A stretch of 29,622 nucleotides of DNA from Gammaproteobacteria bacterium (GTDB lineage: Bacteria > Pseudomonadota > Gammaproteobacteria > Natronospirales > REEB76): contig JBOIBC010000001.1 in NCBI GenBank assembly GCA_050739295.1, forward strand, positions 1 to 29,622, written 5' to 3'. The notes under the pieces are model-generated. The model did not search any database, was not told the origin of the DNA, and was given only the letters and a program-made list of their open reading frames with translations. A program made the position numbers and the translations under genes. Positions 17,677-26,228 of this stretch are shown here, piece by piece (position 1 is the stretch's first letter; the number at the start of each line of letters is the position of its first letter).

Positions 17677-19014
17677 ATGGCAACCGTCCTGATCATTGAC
17701 GATAACCGCGCCATCGGCCAGGCCTTGACGGTATTGCTCGACCTGCATGGCCTTACAGCGCTCACAGCTGTCTCGCCCGCGGAAGGTCTCGCACTGCTGG
17801 AACACGAAGAGGTGGACCTGGTGATCCAGGACATGAATTTCACCGGCAGTGATACCTCGGGTAGCGAAGGTGCCGCGCTGTTCACCGAGATCCGCCGTCA
17901 TCATCCCGATCTGCCCATCATCCTGCTCACCGCATGGACCCACCTTGAGCATGCCGTGGAACTGGTCAAGGCCGGCGCGGCCGATTACCTTGCCAAACCC
18001 TGGGATGATGCCAAGCTCATCACCACCCTTACAAACCTGCTGCAACTTGGCGAATTGAAGCGCGAACGACGTCGTACATCCGGCGCGCGACAAGCGGCAC
18101 GGCGCAGTCTGGCGGAACGCTTTGATCTGTGCGGCATCATCTACGAGAGCGATGCCATGCAGCAGGTGGTTGGTATCGCGACCCAGGTGGCACATGCCGA
18201 TGTTCGGGTTGTGATCACGGGCGCGAACGGCGTAGGCAAGGAAAAAATCGCCGACATCATCCAGGCAAATTCCAGTTGTAGAAATGGCCCCTATATAAAG
18301 GTGAACATGGGCGCGCTGCCCGCGGAACTGATGGAAAGTGAACTGTTCGGCAGCGAAGCTGGCGCGTTCACCGGCGCGCAGAAGGCACGTGCCGGGCGTT
18401 TCGAGGCGGCAGACAACGGCACTTTGTTTTTCGACGAGATCGGCAATCTGCCTCCGGCCGGACAGATCAAACTACTGCGTGTCCTGCAGACCGGCGAATT
18501 CGAGCGGCTTGGCAGCACCCAGACAAGGCGCACGCAGGTGCGCATCATCACCGCTACCAATACCGACCTGCGCGCAGCCATCGCGGCTGGGAATTTCCGT
18601 GAGGATTTGTATTACCGCCTGAATGTGATCGAGATCCATGTGCCGCCTTTGGCCGAACGGTGCGAGGACATACTGCCACTGGCGCGTGCTTTCCTTGACA
18701 GCCACCATCAATTGAGTCTGGAAGCCGAACAGATGCTGGTCGCGCATGACTGGCCGGGGAACGTGCGTGAATTGCAGAACTGCATGCGCCGTGCGGTCTT
18801 GCTCGCGAACAGCGAACGTATTTCAGCACAGGCCTTAGGCCTGACCGCTAGCGTCACAACAGCAAGCGAAGCCGCAAAACAACTCTCGCGTCAAGATATT
18901 GAGACTGCGTTGACACGCAATGCCGGGGTAATCGCATCGGCTGCGCAGGAACTCGGCCTGAGTCGCCAGGCGCTCTACCGCCGCATGGAAAAATTCGGCA
19001 TCGGCAAGCCGTGA
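17677..19014 (+). CDS. sigma54-dependent NtrC-family response regulator
   Basis: Receiver (LIIDDN, IQDMNF, KPW), AAA+ (GANGVGKE, ESELFG, GAFTGA, FDEIG, FREDLYYRLNV, WPGNVREL), C-terminal Fis-type HTH. Confidence 0.96.
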   Translation: MATVLIIDDNRAIGQALTVLLDLHGLTALTAVSPAEGLALLEHEEVDLVIQDMNFTGSDTSGSEGAALFTEIRRHHPDLPIILLTAWTHLEHAVELVKAGAADYLAKPWDDAKLITTLTNLLQLGELKRERRRTSGARQAARRSLAERFDLCGIIYESDAMQQVVGIATQVAHADVRVVITGANGVGKEKIADIIQANSSCRNGPYIKVNMGALPAELMESELFGSEAGAFTGAQKARAGRFEAADNGTLFFDEIGNLPPAGQIKLLRVLQTGEFERLGSTQTRRTQVRIITATNTDLRAAIAAGNFREDLYYRLNVIEIHVPPLAERCEDILPLARAFLDSHHQLSLEAEQMLVAHDWPGNVRELQNCMRRAVLLANSERISAQALGLTASVTTASEAAKQLSRQDIETALTRNAGVIASAAQELGLSRQALYRRMEKFGIGKP

Positions 19015-20330
19015 AATTCCGGCAATCATTGGAAAGCAAATTCGCGCTGCTGGCCGTCTTGCTGGTGGCCGTGACAACCGTGCTGTCGGTGGCCTTGTCA
19101 CACTTTCTGGGCTCCGCCATCGGTGGCCTGTGCATCGGTCTGGCCCTCATGATCCCGGTCAGCTTCTACGCGGTGCACCGCTTCATGGGCCCCATCAACC
19201 GCCTGATCAGCGCTCTCGGTGATGGCGTCGCGAGCTTCAAGGACGGCGATTTCAGTATCAGCTTAAACGCTGGACGGAACGATGAGTTGGGCGAACTGGT
19301 ACGGCATTACAACTCCGCCGGGGAAATTCTGCGTAATGAACGCTTCAATCTGTACCAACGTGAACTGTTGTTGGACACCGTCATCCAGAACATGCCGTGG
19401 GCGCTCGTGCTTGTCAATGTCAATGAGCGTGTCATCTACAGCAACGCGGCTGCACGGCAATTGTTCGATACCGGCCGCAATTTTGAAGGCCGGAGCTTTG
19501 CGGAAGTATTGAAACAGAGCCCCGATGCCCTGCGGGAAGCGGTGGAAAGCGGTCGTGATGGCATGTTCAGTTTGCAGCACGCGCCGGAGGACGAGATCTA
19601 CTACCTCTACCGCGAAAGTTTCACGTTGAATGCACAGCGCCACAGCCTGTATCTCTTCAAGCAGTTGACGCGGGAACTGAACCGCCAGGAAGTCGCGATC
19701 TGGAAGAAGGTCATCCGCGTGATCAGCCACGAGTTGAACAACTCGCTCGCGCCGATATCTTCGCTGGCGCATTCAGGCGGCATCCTCGCGCGGGAGCTGG
19801 ATGCGGCGCGGCTTGAAACCGTATTCACCACCATCGAAGAACGTGCCACACATCTCAAAATATTCATTGATGGTTACGGGCAGTTCGCAAAACTGCCGGT
19901 GCCGCATAGCGAGCGTGTCGCCTGGGAGCCGTTCATCGCCTCGCTGCACGAGCTAGCTGTGTTTACACTGGAAGGACCGCTGCCGCAGCAGGCGGCACGA
20001 TTCGATCAGGTGCAACTTCAACAGGTGCTTATCAACCTGCTCAAAAATGCCCATGAATCCGGCTCACCCGCCGCCGACGTGACGCTCGCGGTGCGTCAGG
20101 GGCCGCAAGGCGTACGCTTGGAGGTGACGGATGCCGGCCCCGGCATGGTGCCGGAAGTGCTGGAACAGGCGCTGCTGCCGTTTTATTCAACCAAACAGGC
20201 CGGCACGGGTCTGGGCCTGGCGCTGTGCCGGGAAATTGTTGAAGCCCACAATGGCCGCCTGACGATCACCAATCGTCCCAAGGGTGGCCTCATGGTCAGC
20301 GTGTGGCTGCCCACGCCCCTGGGCGGGTAA
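19011..20330 (+). CDS. Sensor histidine kinase (2 TM, HAMP, PAS-like, HisKA, HATPase)
   Basis: VISHELNNSL H-box, NLLKNA, DAGPG, FYSTK, GTGLGL; GTGA overlap with the regulator. Confidence 0.94.
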   Translation: MKFRQSLESKFALLAVLLVAVTTVLSVALSHFLGSAIGGLCIGLALMIPVSFYAVHRFMGPINRLISALGDGVASFKDGDFSISLNAGRNDELGELVRHYNSAGEILRNERFNLYQRELLLDTVIQNMPWALVLVNVNERVIYSNAAARQLFDTGRNFEGRSFAEVLKQSPDALREAVESGRDGMFSLQHAPEDEIYYLYRESFTLNAQRHSLYLFKQLTRELNRQEVAIWKKVIRVISHELNNSLAPISSLAHSGGILARELDAARLETVFTTIEERATHLKIFIDGYGQFAKLPVPHSERVAWEPFIASLHELAVFTLEGPLPQQAARFDQVQLQQVLINLLKNAHESGSPAADVTLAVRQGPQGVRLEVTDAGPGMVPEVLEQALLPFYSTKQAGTGLGLALCREIVEAHNGRLTITNRPKGGLMVSVWLPTPLGG

Positions 20331-20367
20331 TACCGGGACAAAAATAAATCATGCTCTTGGTCAGAGC

Positions 20368-21246
20368 TCAATGCAGTTCCGTCAAAAGACGCGCTATTGA
20401 CCGCTCCGCCTGTTGCAAATACCCGCCGCCGAAAAGATTGAGATGATTCAGAACATGATAAAGATTGTAGAGATCGCGGCGCACTCGATAACTCGCATCC
20501 AGCGGCCAGATTGCGTTGTAGGCGGAATAGAATTCCTGCCCGAAACCACCGAATAATTCGGTCATCGCGATGTCCGCTTCGCGATCCCCGTAATACACCG
20601 CCGGGTCGAAGATGGCCGGCTCTCCGGTTTCCACCATGCCCCAGTTACCGCCCCACAGATCGCCATGCAATAACGAAGGCTGCGGCGTATAGCCGGAGAA
20701 AAATGCCGGAAGCACTTCCAGGAGCCGTGCGCCCTGTCTCTGCAATACGCCGCAATAGCCGTTCTCCGCCGCGAGGCTTAACTGGAAACCAAGACGGTGC
20801 TTGCGAAAGAATTTCACCCAATCCTCTGACGGCGTATTGAATTGCGGTGTCGCGCCGATGAAGTTGTTTTGCCACCAACCGACGTGTTGTCCGAGACATT
20901 GGTGCTGACGCGCCAATTGTTCCCCGAGCTTGGCTGCAGCAGCTCCGGTTTTTTGTCCCAGCGACAGCCACTCCATCACCAGAAATGCTTCGCCCTCCTG
21001 TTCACCCACTGTGAGTACACGCGGCACACGAATTGCCTTGCACTCGGCCAGCGCCTTGAGGCCGTCTGCTTCCGCATCGAACAAGTCACGCCCATCGGGT
21101 GCTGTTTTCACAAACCAGGCGGTATCGCCGCACAGCACGCACCAACTATGACCGCCCACGCCCTGACCCAGTGATTGCCACGCACAGATACTGCCCGCAC
21201 TCCCCTCGCGGACAAGCTGTTCGATGGTGGTACGTGTCGTACTCAT
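20368..21246 (-). CDS. Fructosamine/ketosamine kinase family protein
   Basis: FVK, FDAEADGL, NFIGATPQ, LLHGDLWGGN, FDPAVYYGDREADIAMTELFGGF, LYHVLNHLNLFG. Confidence 0.93.
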   Translation of the reverse strand: MSTTRTTIEQLVREGSAGSICAWQSLGQGVGGHSWCVLCGDTAWFVKTAPDGRDLFDAEADGLKALAECKAIRVPRVLTVGEQEGEAFLVMEWLSLGQKTGAAAAKLGEQLARQHQCLGQHVGWWQNNFIGATPQFNTPSEDWVKFFRKHRLGFQLSLAAENGYCGVLQRQGARLLEVLPAFFSGYTPQPSLLHGDLWGGNWGMVETGEPAIFDPAVYYGDREADIAMTELFGGFGQEFYSAYNAIWPLDASYRVRRDLYNLYHVLNHLNLFGGGYLQQAERSIARLLTELH

Positions 21247-21316
21247 AGTGTGAAATCGGGGAAGATAAAAAAGGCGCGATGTGCATCTCTTTTTTCACGA
21301 AACACAAGCCGACGTT

Positions 21317-21527
21317 TAGAATCTATCTCAAAACGTCGCGAGCGTAGGCAGAACGGTACGCCGCATGCGGCGTACCGCGACGGCGAGAAACCGGAGTGTA
21401 CACGTCAGTATGTGAGCGATGTACAGGGATGTACAAGTGCCGCGGGAGGCAGAAAGCCGGGAGCGGCCATTTCGAGCCGACGCGCAACAAAGTTATGCCA
21501 AGCGCAGCAGTTTTGAGAGAGGTTCTA
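21317..21527. mobile_element. MITE-like palindromic element, copy 1 (211 bp, with nested extra segments)
   Basis: Terminal inverted repeats TAGAATCTATCTCAAAAC ... GTTTTGAGAGAGGTTCTA; colinear with the reverse complement of 25255-25399 except for 15 and 51 extra nt. Confidence 0.85.
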
Positions 21528-22139
21528 GGCCAGCATCTGCGAGATACGCTTGTGCAGCGGGCTAGTGCGCGGAAAATGTGCCAGCAGGAATTCCATCTGG
21601 TCGGCCAGAATGCGTCGGCCCTTGAGAAAGATGTACTCGGCATGATTGGGCGTAAACGGCACCGCCAGCAACTGCATGCCAGATTCTTCCGGCGTGCGGC
21701 CGGCCTTGTGGTTGTTGCAGCGCTTGCAGGCTGCCACTACGTTGTTCCAAGTGTCGGTGCCGCCGCGGCTCAGGGGCGTGACGTGTTCGCGTGACAGCTC
21801 CTTGCCGGGAAAGCGATGCCCGCAGTACATGCACAGATTGGCATCACGCTTGAAGAGTGTGTGATTGTTGAGCGGCGGCACGTAATGTTCACGCGCCTTG
21901 GCGAGTGCATGATTGTTGCCGTAGGTGGCGATGATGGAATTGACTTCTACGATGCTCTGCCGCCCGGTCCGGGCACTGATGCCACCGTGCAGACGATACA
22001 GCAGCGTACCGCAGCCATAGGCCACCTGCTCCAGGTAATAGAGTTTCACGGCGTCCTCGTAGCCGATCCACTCGAGCGGCATGCCCGCCGCGTCGGTGCG
22101 CAATACTTCTTGTGACAGGTCGTACACAAAAGCAACCAT
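21525..22139 (-). CDS. HNH endonuclease domain protein
   Basis: LFKRD..CMYCG..LSREHVTPLSRGG..W.NVVAACKRCNNHK (CxxC..HNH..CxxC). Start uncertain. Confidence 0.88.
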   Translation of the reverse strand: MVAFVYDLSQEVLRTDAAGMPLEWIGYEDAVKLYYLEQVAYGCGTLLYRLHGGISARTGRQSIVEVNSIIATYGNNHALAKAREHYVPPLNNHTLFKRDANLCMYCGHRFPGKELSREHVTPLSRGGTDTWNNVVAACKRCNNHKAGRTPEESGMQLLAVPFTPNHAEYIFLKGRRILADQMEFLLAHFPRTSPLHKRISQMLA

Positions 22140-22326
22140 AATGCTTCTCAGGGGGCGGATGTTATTGCAGAAATTACCTTAAAAAGCAACGTTAAGTCGT
22201 TCCAATGAGCTAATTTTACTCCGGCATGGGTGGCAAAAACCGGGGTCCGCGCTTACACTTCTTGCGTTCAACGGATATGCGCAGGGCCGCGCCGGACGCC
22301 GCGTGGCGGTTTTCAACGAGAACAAC

Positions 22327-23448
22327 ATGGCCATCCAACTCTTCGTCCCCAAAGAACAGGCTGCCGGTGAACGCCGGGTGGGTCTGTGCCCGCCGGTAGC
22401 CGCCAAACTCAAGACGCTGGGTGTGGATCTGCTGGTCGAGACCGGTGCGGGTTTGAGTGCCGGTTTTCCGGATGCGTTGTTCACGGATACCCGCTTTGTC
22501 AGCGCCCTGGAAGGCGCCCAACAGGCGGACGTGGTGTTCAAGGTACAGGCGCCTGCACCAGCGAATGTTGCGCGTATGAAAGCCGGCTCGGTGCTGATCT
22601 GTTTGCTGAATCCGCACCGTAATATTGAGATCATCAAGGCGCTGCGCGACCGGAAAGTCACCGGCTTCGCCATGGAACTGGTGCCGCGCATCTCGCGCGC
22701 ACAAGCTATGGATGCATTGTCGTCCCAAGCCGCCGCTGCCGGTTACAAGGCCGCGCTCATCGCGGCAGAAAAACTCGACCGCTTCTTTCCGATGCTCACC
22801 ACCGCCGCCGGCACGATCCGCCCGGCGAAAGTGCTGGTGATCGGCGCGGGCGTGGCGGGCTTGCAGGCCATCGCCACCGCGCGGCGTCTGGGCGCCATGG
22901 TGGAAGGCTACGACGTGCGTGCGGCGGCGCGCGAGCAGGTGGAATCACTCGGCGCGAAATTCGTGGATACCGGCGTGTCGGCGGAAGGCAGCGGCGGCTA
23001 CGCGCGTGAATTGACGGCGGAAGAGAAACAGAAGCAGCAGGACGCGTTGGCAAAACACGTCGCACTGGCGGATGCGGTTATTACCACCGCCGCGATTCCA
23101 GGACGTGCTGCGCCGCGCATCATCACCAAAGCGATGGTGGACAACATGAAACCCGGCTCTATCGTCGTGGACCTAGCCGCGGAATCCGGCGGCAACTGCG
23201 AACTCACCAAACCCGGTGAGGACGTGCAGCACGGTCAAGTGTTGGTATCGGGTCCGCTGAATCTACCGAGCCTGCTCGCGGAACACGCGAGCGACATGTA
23301 CGCCCGCAATCTGCTGAATTTCTTTACGCCGCTGGTGAAAGACGGCCGCATCCAGATTGACTGGAACGACGAAGTGTATGCCAAGAGCGTGGTGACACAT
23401 GACGGTGTCATCAAATACGAGCCGGTGCGGAAGTTGGTGGAGGGATAA
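22327..23448 (+). CDS. pntAA: NAD(P) transhydrogenase subunit alpha part 1 (domain I)
   Basis: VPKE..GERRV, PRISRAQAMDALSSQ, TAAGTIRPAKVLVIGAGVAGLQAI, DLAAESGGNCE. Confidence 0.95.
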   Translation: MAIQLFVPKEQAAGERRVGLCPPVAAKLKTLGVDLLVETGAGLSAGFPDALFTDTRFVSALEGAQQADVVFKVQAPAPANVARMKAGSVLICLLNPHRNIEIIKALRDRKVTGFAMELVPRISRAQAMDALSSQAAAAGYKAALIAAEKLDRFFPMLTTAAGTIRPAKVLVIGAGVAGLQAIATARRLGAMVEGYDVRAAAREQVESLGAKFVDTGVSAEGSGGYARELTAEEKQKQQDALAKHVALADAVITTAAIPGRAAPRIITKAMVDNMKPGSIVVDLAAESGGNCELTKPGEDVQHGQVLVSGPLNLPSLLAEHASDMYARNLLNFFTPLVKDGRIQIDWNDEVYAKSVVTHDGVIKYEPVRKLVEG

Positions 23449-23525
23449 AGATAGGTGCTGTGTACTGCGTTCTGTGTGCTGCGTAAAAATTCCGTTTTTT
23501 ACACGGCACTCAGCACGCTGTATCT
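23449..23525. repeat. Imperfect hairpin built from 7-bp tandem units (NGTGCTG / CAGCACN)
   Basis: AGATA GGTGCTG TGTACTG CGTTCTG TGTGCTG CGTAAAAA ... TTTTTACA CGGCACT CAGCACG CTG TATCT. Confidence 0.65.
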
Positions 23526-23557
23526 TTTGGGGTAATTCGAGAATCGAGGTGCGAAAC

Positions 23558-23863
23558 ATGATTAGCGGATTCCTGGCTCTGTATATCTTCATGCTCGCTG
23601 CCTTCACCGGCTACGAAGTGATTTCGCGGGTGCCGGTGATCCTGCACACGCCGCTCATGTCCGGCTCCAACTTCGTGCACGGCATCGTGCTAGTGGGCGC
23701 CATGGTGATGCTGGGTAATGCCCACGACCTGGCGGAACAAATCATCGGTTTCGTCGGTGTGCTGCTGGCGGCGGGTAATGTGGTGGGTGGTTACGTATCC
23801 ACCGAGCGCATGCTGGAGATGTTCAAATCCAGCCAGGATAAAAAGAAAGGCAGTCACGCATGA
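23558..23863 (+). CDS. pntAB: NAD(P) transhydrogenase subunit alpha part 2
   Basis: VPVILHTPLMSGSN, NVVGGY..TERMLEMF; GAGGT RBS before ATG 23558. Confidence 0.93.
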   Translation: MISGFLALYIFMLAAFTGYEVISRVPVILHTPLMSGSNFVHGIVLVGAMVMLGNAHDLAEQIIGFVGVLLAAGNVVGGYVSTERMLEMFKSSQDKKKGSHA

Positions 23864-25257
23864 GCTTGTTGCCCGCATCTGTCACCGACGACCTGATCCA
23901 GGCGGCGTACTTCATCGCCGCATTGCTGTTCATCATCGGCCTGAAACGCATGAGCTCGCCGAAAGGCGCGCGCGGCGGCATCATCTGGGCCGGCATCGGC
24001 ATGCTCATCGCAGGCCTGATTACTTTCCTCGAGCCGGGGATGCACAACTACATCTTGATCATCACCGCCATTTTCATCGGCGGCGTGCTCGCGTGGTGGA
24101 GTGGCCGGCGCGTGCCCATGACCGCCATGCCGCAGATGGTAGCGTTGTACAACGGCATGGGCGGCGGTGCGGCCGCGGCCATCGCGGCACAGGAACTGAT
24201 CCGCGGCGAACCGTTCGCCGTCGCACCGGTGGTCCTCGCCGTGGTGGGCGCCATCATCGGCGCCGTGTCCTTCAGCGGCAGCCTGATTGCCTTCGCCAAG
24301 CTGCAAGGCCTCATCAAGAAATCCCTGCGCTATCGCGGCCAGCAGATTGTCAACGCACTGGTGCTGCTCATCACCGTGGCGCTGGGCATCTGGATCATCG
24401 CGCTGCACGGCGCCGCGCCCATGCATGTGGTGATCCTATTCTTCGCGTTCGCGTTGCTGTTCGGCATCCTCGTTACGCTGCCCATCGGCGGCGCCGACAT
24501 GCCGGTGGTGATTTCGCTATACAACGCCTGCACCGGCCTGGCGGTGGCCTTCGAGGGCTTCGTACTGGGCAACGCCGCCATGATCATCGCCGGCATGGTG
24601 GTGGGTGCGGCCGGCACGCTGCTGACGCAACTCATGGCGAAGGCCATGAACCGCTCCATTGCGAACGTGCTGTTCAGCAATTTCGGCGAGACCGCGACCG
24701 GCAGTACGGAAGGTATCAGCGGCAGTCTCAAGCCTATTGATGCCGCGGACGCGGGCACCATGATGGCCTATGCCAACAAGGTCATCATCGTGCCCGGTTA
24801 CGGCATGGCCGTGGCCCAGGCCCAGCACAAAGTTTGGGAACTGACGCAGTTGCTGCAATCCCGCGATGTGCAGGTGAAATTCGCCATCCATCCGGTGGCG
24901 GGCCGCATGCCGGGCCATATGAACGTGCTGCTGGCGGAGGCCGGTGTGCCTTACGATCTGATTTCCGATCTCGACGAAATCAATCCGGAGTTCGCCACTG
25001 CCGACGTGGCGCTCATCATCGGCGCCAACGACGTGGTCAATCCCGATGCCCGCAACCGCAAGGACAGCCCCATCTATGGCATGCCGATCCTGAACGCCGA
25101 CAAGGCGAAAAACGTGATCGTCATCAAGCGTGGCCAGGGCCGCGGTTTCTCCGGCATCGAGAACGCACTGTTCTACATGGACAACACCCGCATGCTCTAC
25201 GGTGACGGCCAGGAAGCTGTGACGCGCTTGATCCAGAGCATCAAAACCCTCGAATAG
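23860..25257 (+). CDS. pntB: NAD(P) transhydrogenase subunit beta
   Basis: MTAMPQMVA, IGGADMPVVIS, IVPGYGMAVAQAQH, HPVAGRMPGHMNVLLAEA, GANDVVNP. Confidence 0.97.
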   Translation: MSLLPASVTDDLIQAAYFIAALLFIIGLKRMSSPKGARGGIIWAGIGMLIAGLITFLEPGMHNYILIITAIFIGGVLAWWSGRRVPMTAMPQMVALYNGMGGGAAAAIAAQELIRGEPFAVAPVVLAVVGAIIGAVSFSGSLIAFAKLQGLIKKSLRYRGQQIVNALVLLITVALGIWIIALHGAAPMHVVILFFAFALLFGILVTLPIGGADMPVVISLYNACTGLAVAFEGFVLGNAAMIIAGMVVGAAGTLLTQLMAKAMNRSIANVLFSNFGETATGSTEGISGSLKPIDAADAGTMMAYANKVIIVPGYGMAVAQAQHKVWELTQLLQSRDVQVKFAIHPVAGRMPGHMNVLLAEAGVPYDLISDLDEINPEFATADVALIIGANDVVNPDARNRKDSPIYGMPILNADKAKNVIVIKRGQGRGFSGIENALFYMDNTRMLYGDGQEAVTRLIQSIKTLE

Positions 25258-25399
25258 AACCTATCTCAAAACTGCTGCGCTTGGCATAACTTTGTTGCGC
25301 GTCGGTTCGAAATGCTCATGTACTGGCGTGTACACTCCGCTTTCTCGCCGTCGCGCGCCGCGTTCTGCCTGCGCTCGCGACGTTTTTAGATAGGTTCTA
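25255..25399. mobile_element. MITE-like palindromic element, copy 2 (145 bp)
   Basis: 18-bp terminal inverted repeats with 1 mismatch (TAGAACCTATCTCAAAAC / GTTTTTAGATAGGTTCTA); homologous to 21317-21527. Confidence 0.85.
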
Positions 25400-25461
25400 A
25401 TCATCGCACCAAGCAAAACCCCCGCTTGGTGAGAGTTTTGTTTTTCCAAACAGCTTGCAGA

Positions 25462-25947
25462 TTAGCGCGGCGGATGATGCGCTCGCGTCCGCTGACGGAA
25501 CTGCTCGCGCTGTTCGGGAGTCATGTTTCTCCAGCGCTGGCGCAAGGCTTGGCGCTTTTCCGGCGGTAATTTCTGGAACCTCTGAAATTCCTCACGGATC
25601 CGTTGCTGTTGTGCCGGTGGCAATTTCTGGAAGGCCTGGAAGCGCTGACGGATCTGGACGCGCTCCTGGGGAGACAGCTTGCGCCAGCGTTGCAGACGCT
25701 GACGCGCGTTCGCGCGCTGTTCGGGAGTCATCTGCGCCCAGCGGCTCGCACCACGCACCAAACGCTCCTGCCGTTCCGGCGGCAGCGTCGTCCATTTATT
25801 CTTGAGGGGAGCAAGCAATCCTTGCTGCTGCGGTGTCAGACTGGTCCAGGGAACCGGCGCGGGCGCAACAGGTTGGTCGGCAAAGACCAATGTACTGGCA
25901 GCCACCAGTGTTCCGCATACCAGCAGTATTGCCAACAACCGTTTCAT
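25462..25947 (-). CDS. DUF3106-type secreted helical repeat protein
   Basis: Signal peptide then repeats WTSLTPQQQ, WTTLPPERQ, WAQMTPEQR, WRKLSPQER, FQKLPPAQQ, WRNMTPEQR. Confidence 0.85.
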   Translation of the reverse strand: MKRLLAILLVCGTLVAASTLVFADQPVAPAPVPWTSLTPQQQGLLAPLKNKWTTLPPERQERLVRGASRWAQMTPEQRANARQRLQRWRKLSPQERVQIRQRFQAFQKLPPAQQQRIREEFQRFQKLPPEKRQALRQRWRNMTPEQREQFRQRTRAHHPPR

Positions 25948-26228
25948 AGGCTGCGCTCCTCACTGGCTAGGTTGGGTGGCACCTGTTTGGCAGGCGGCGA
26001 GGTTTTATTTTCGGGATGTGCCTTTTCCTTGGCGAGTTTGTCGGGATCAACGCGCGCGAAGGTCATGGGATCCACCCATTGACCATCGTTGGTTTGCCAG
26101 GAACCGAGGAACTCGAGCAGCGCCGGGTCCACCTTCTGAGGCGGCGATGTAACGGGCTGAGGATCGGCTGCAAATACGGAAACGGTGAATAGCAAGGCCG
26201 TCACCAGCAACCAAGTATATTTAGCCAT
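25944..26228 (-). CDS. Small secreted hypothetical protein in the ECF sigma operon
   Basis: MAKYTWLLVTALLFTVSVFAADP...ALLEFLGSWQTNDGQWVDP; overlaps both neighbours, consistent with translational coupling. Confidence 0.7.
   Translation of the reverse strand: MAKYTWLLVTALLFTVSVFAADPQPVTSPPQKVDPALLEFLGSWQTNDGQWVDPMTFARVDPDKLAKEKAHPENKTSPPAKQVPPNLASEERSL

Noticed and set aside
21175..21516. ORFs spanning the MITE copies (21175-21516, 25261-25449) as real genes
   Set aside because: They derive from the repeat, lack clear RBS/start support, and their starts and stops are not shared between copies.
22327..25257. Split transhydrogenase alpha subunit as a broken gene or novelty
   Set aside because: The three-gene pntAA-pntAB-pntB arrangement is well known (e.g. 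Rhodospirillum rubrum), and both parts have proper starts.
25407..25446. Bidirectional terminator between pntB and the DUF3106 gene
   Set aside because: A stem (CACCAAGC/GCTTGGTG) exists, but the T-tract is offset and an alternative pairing competes; too ambiguous to call.
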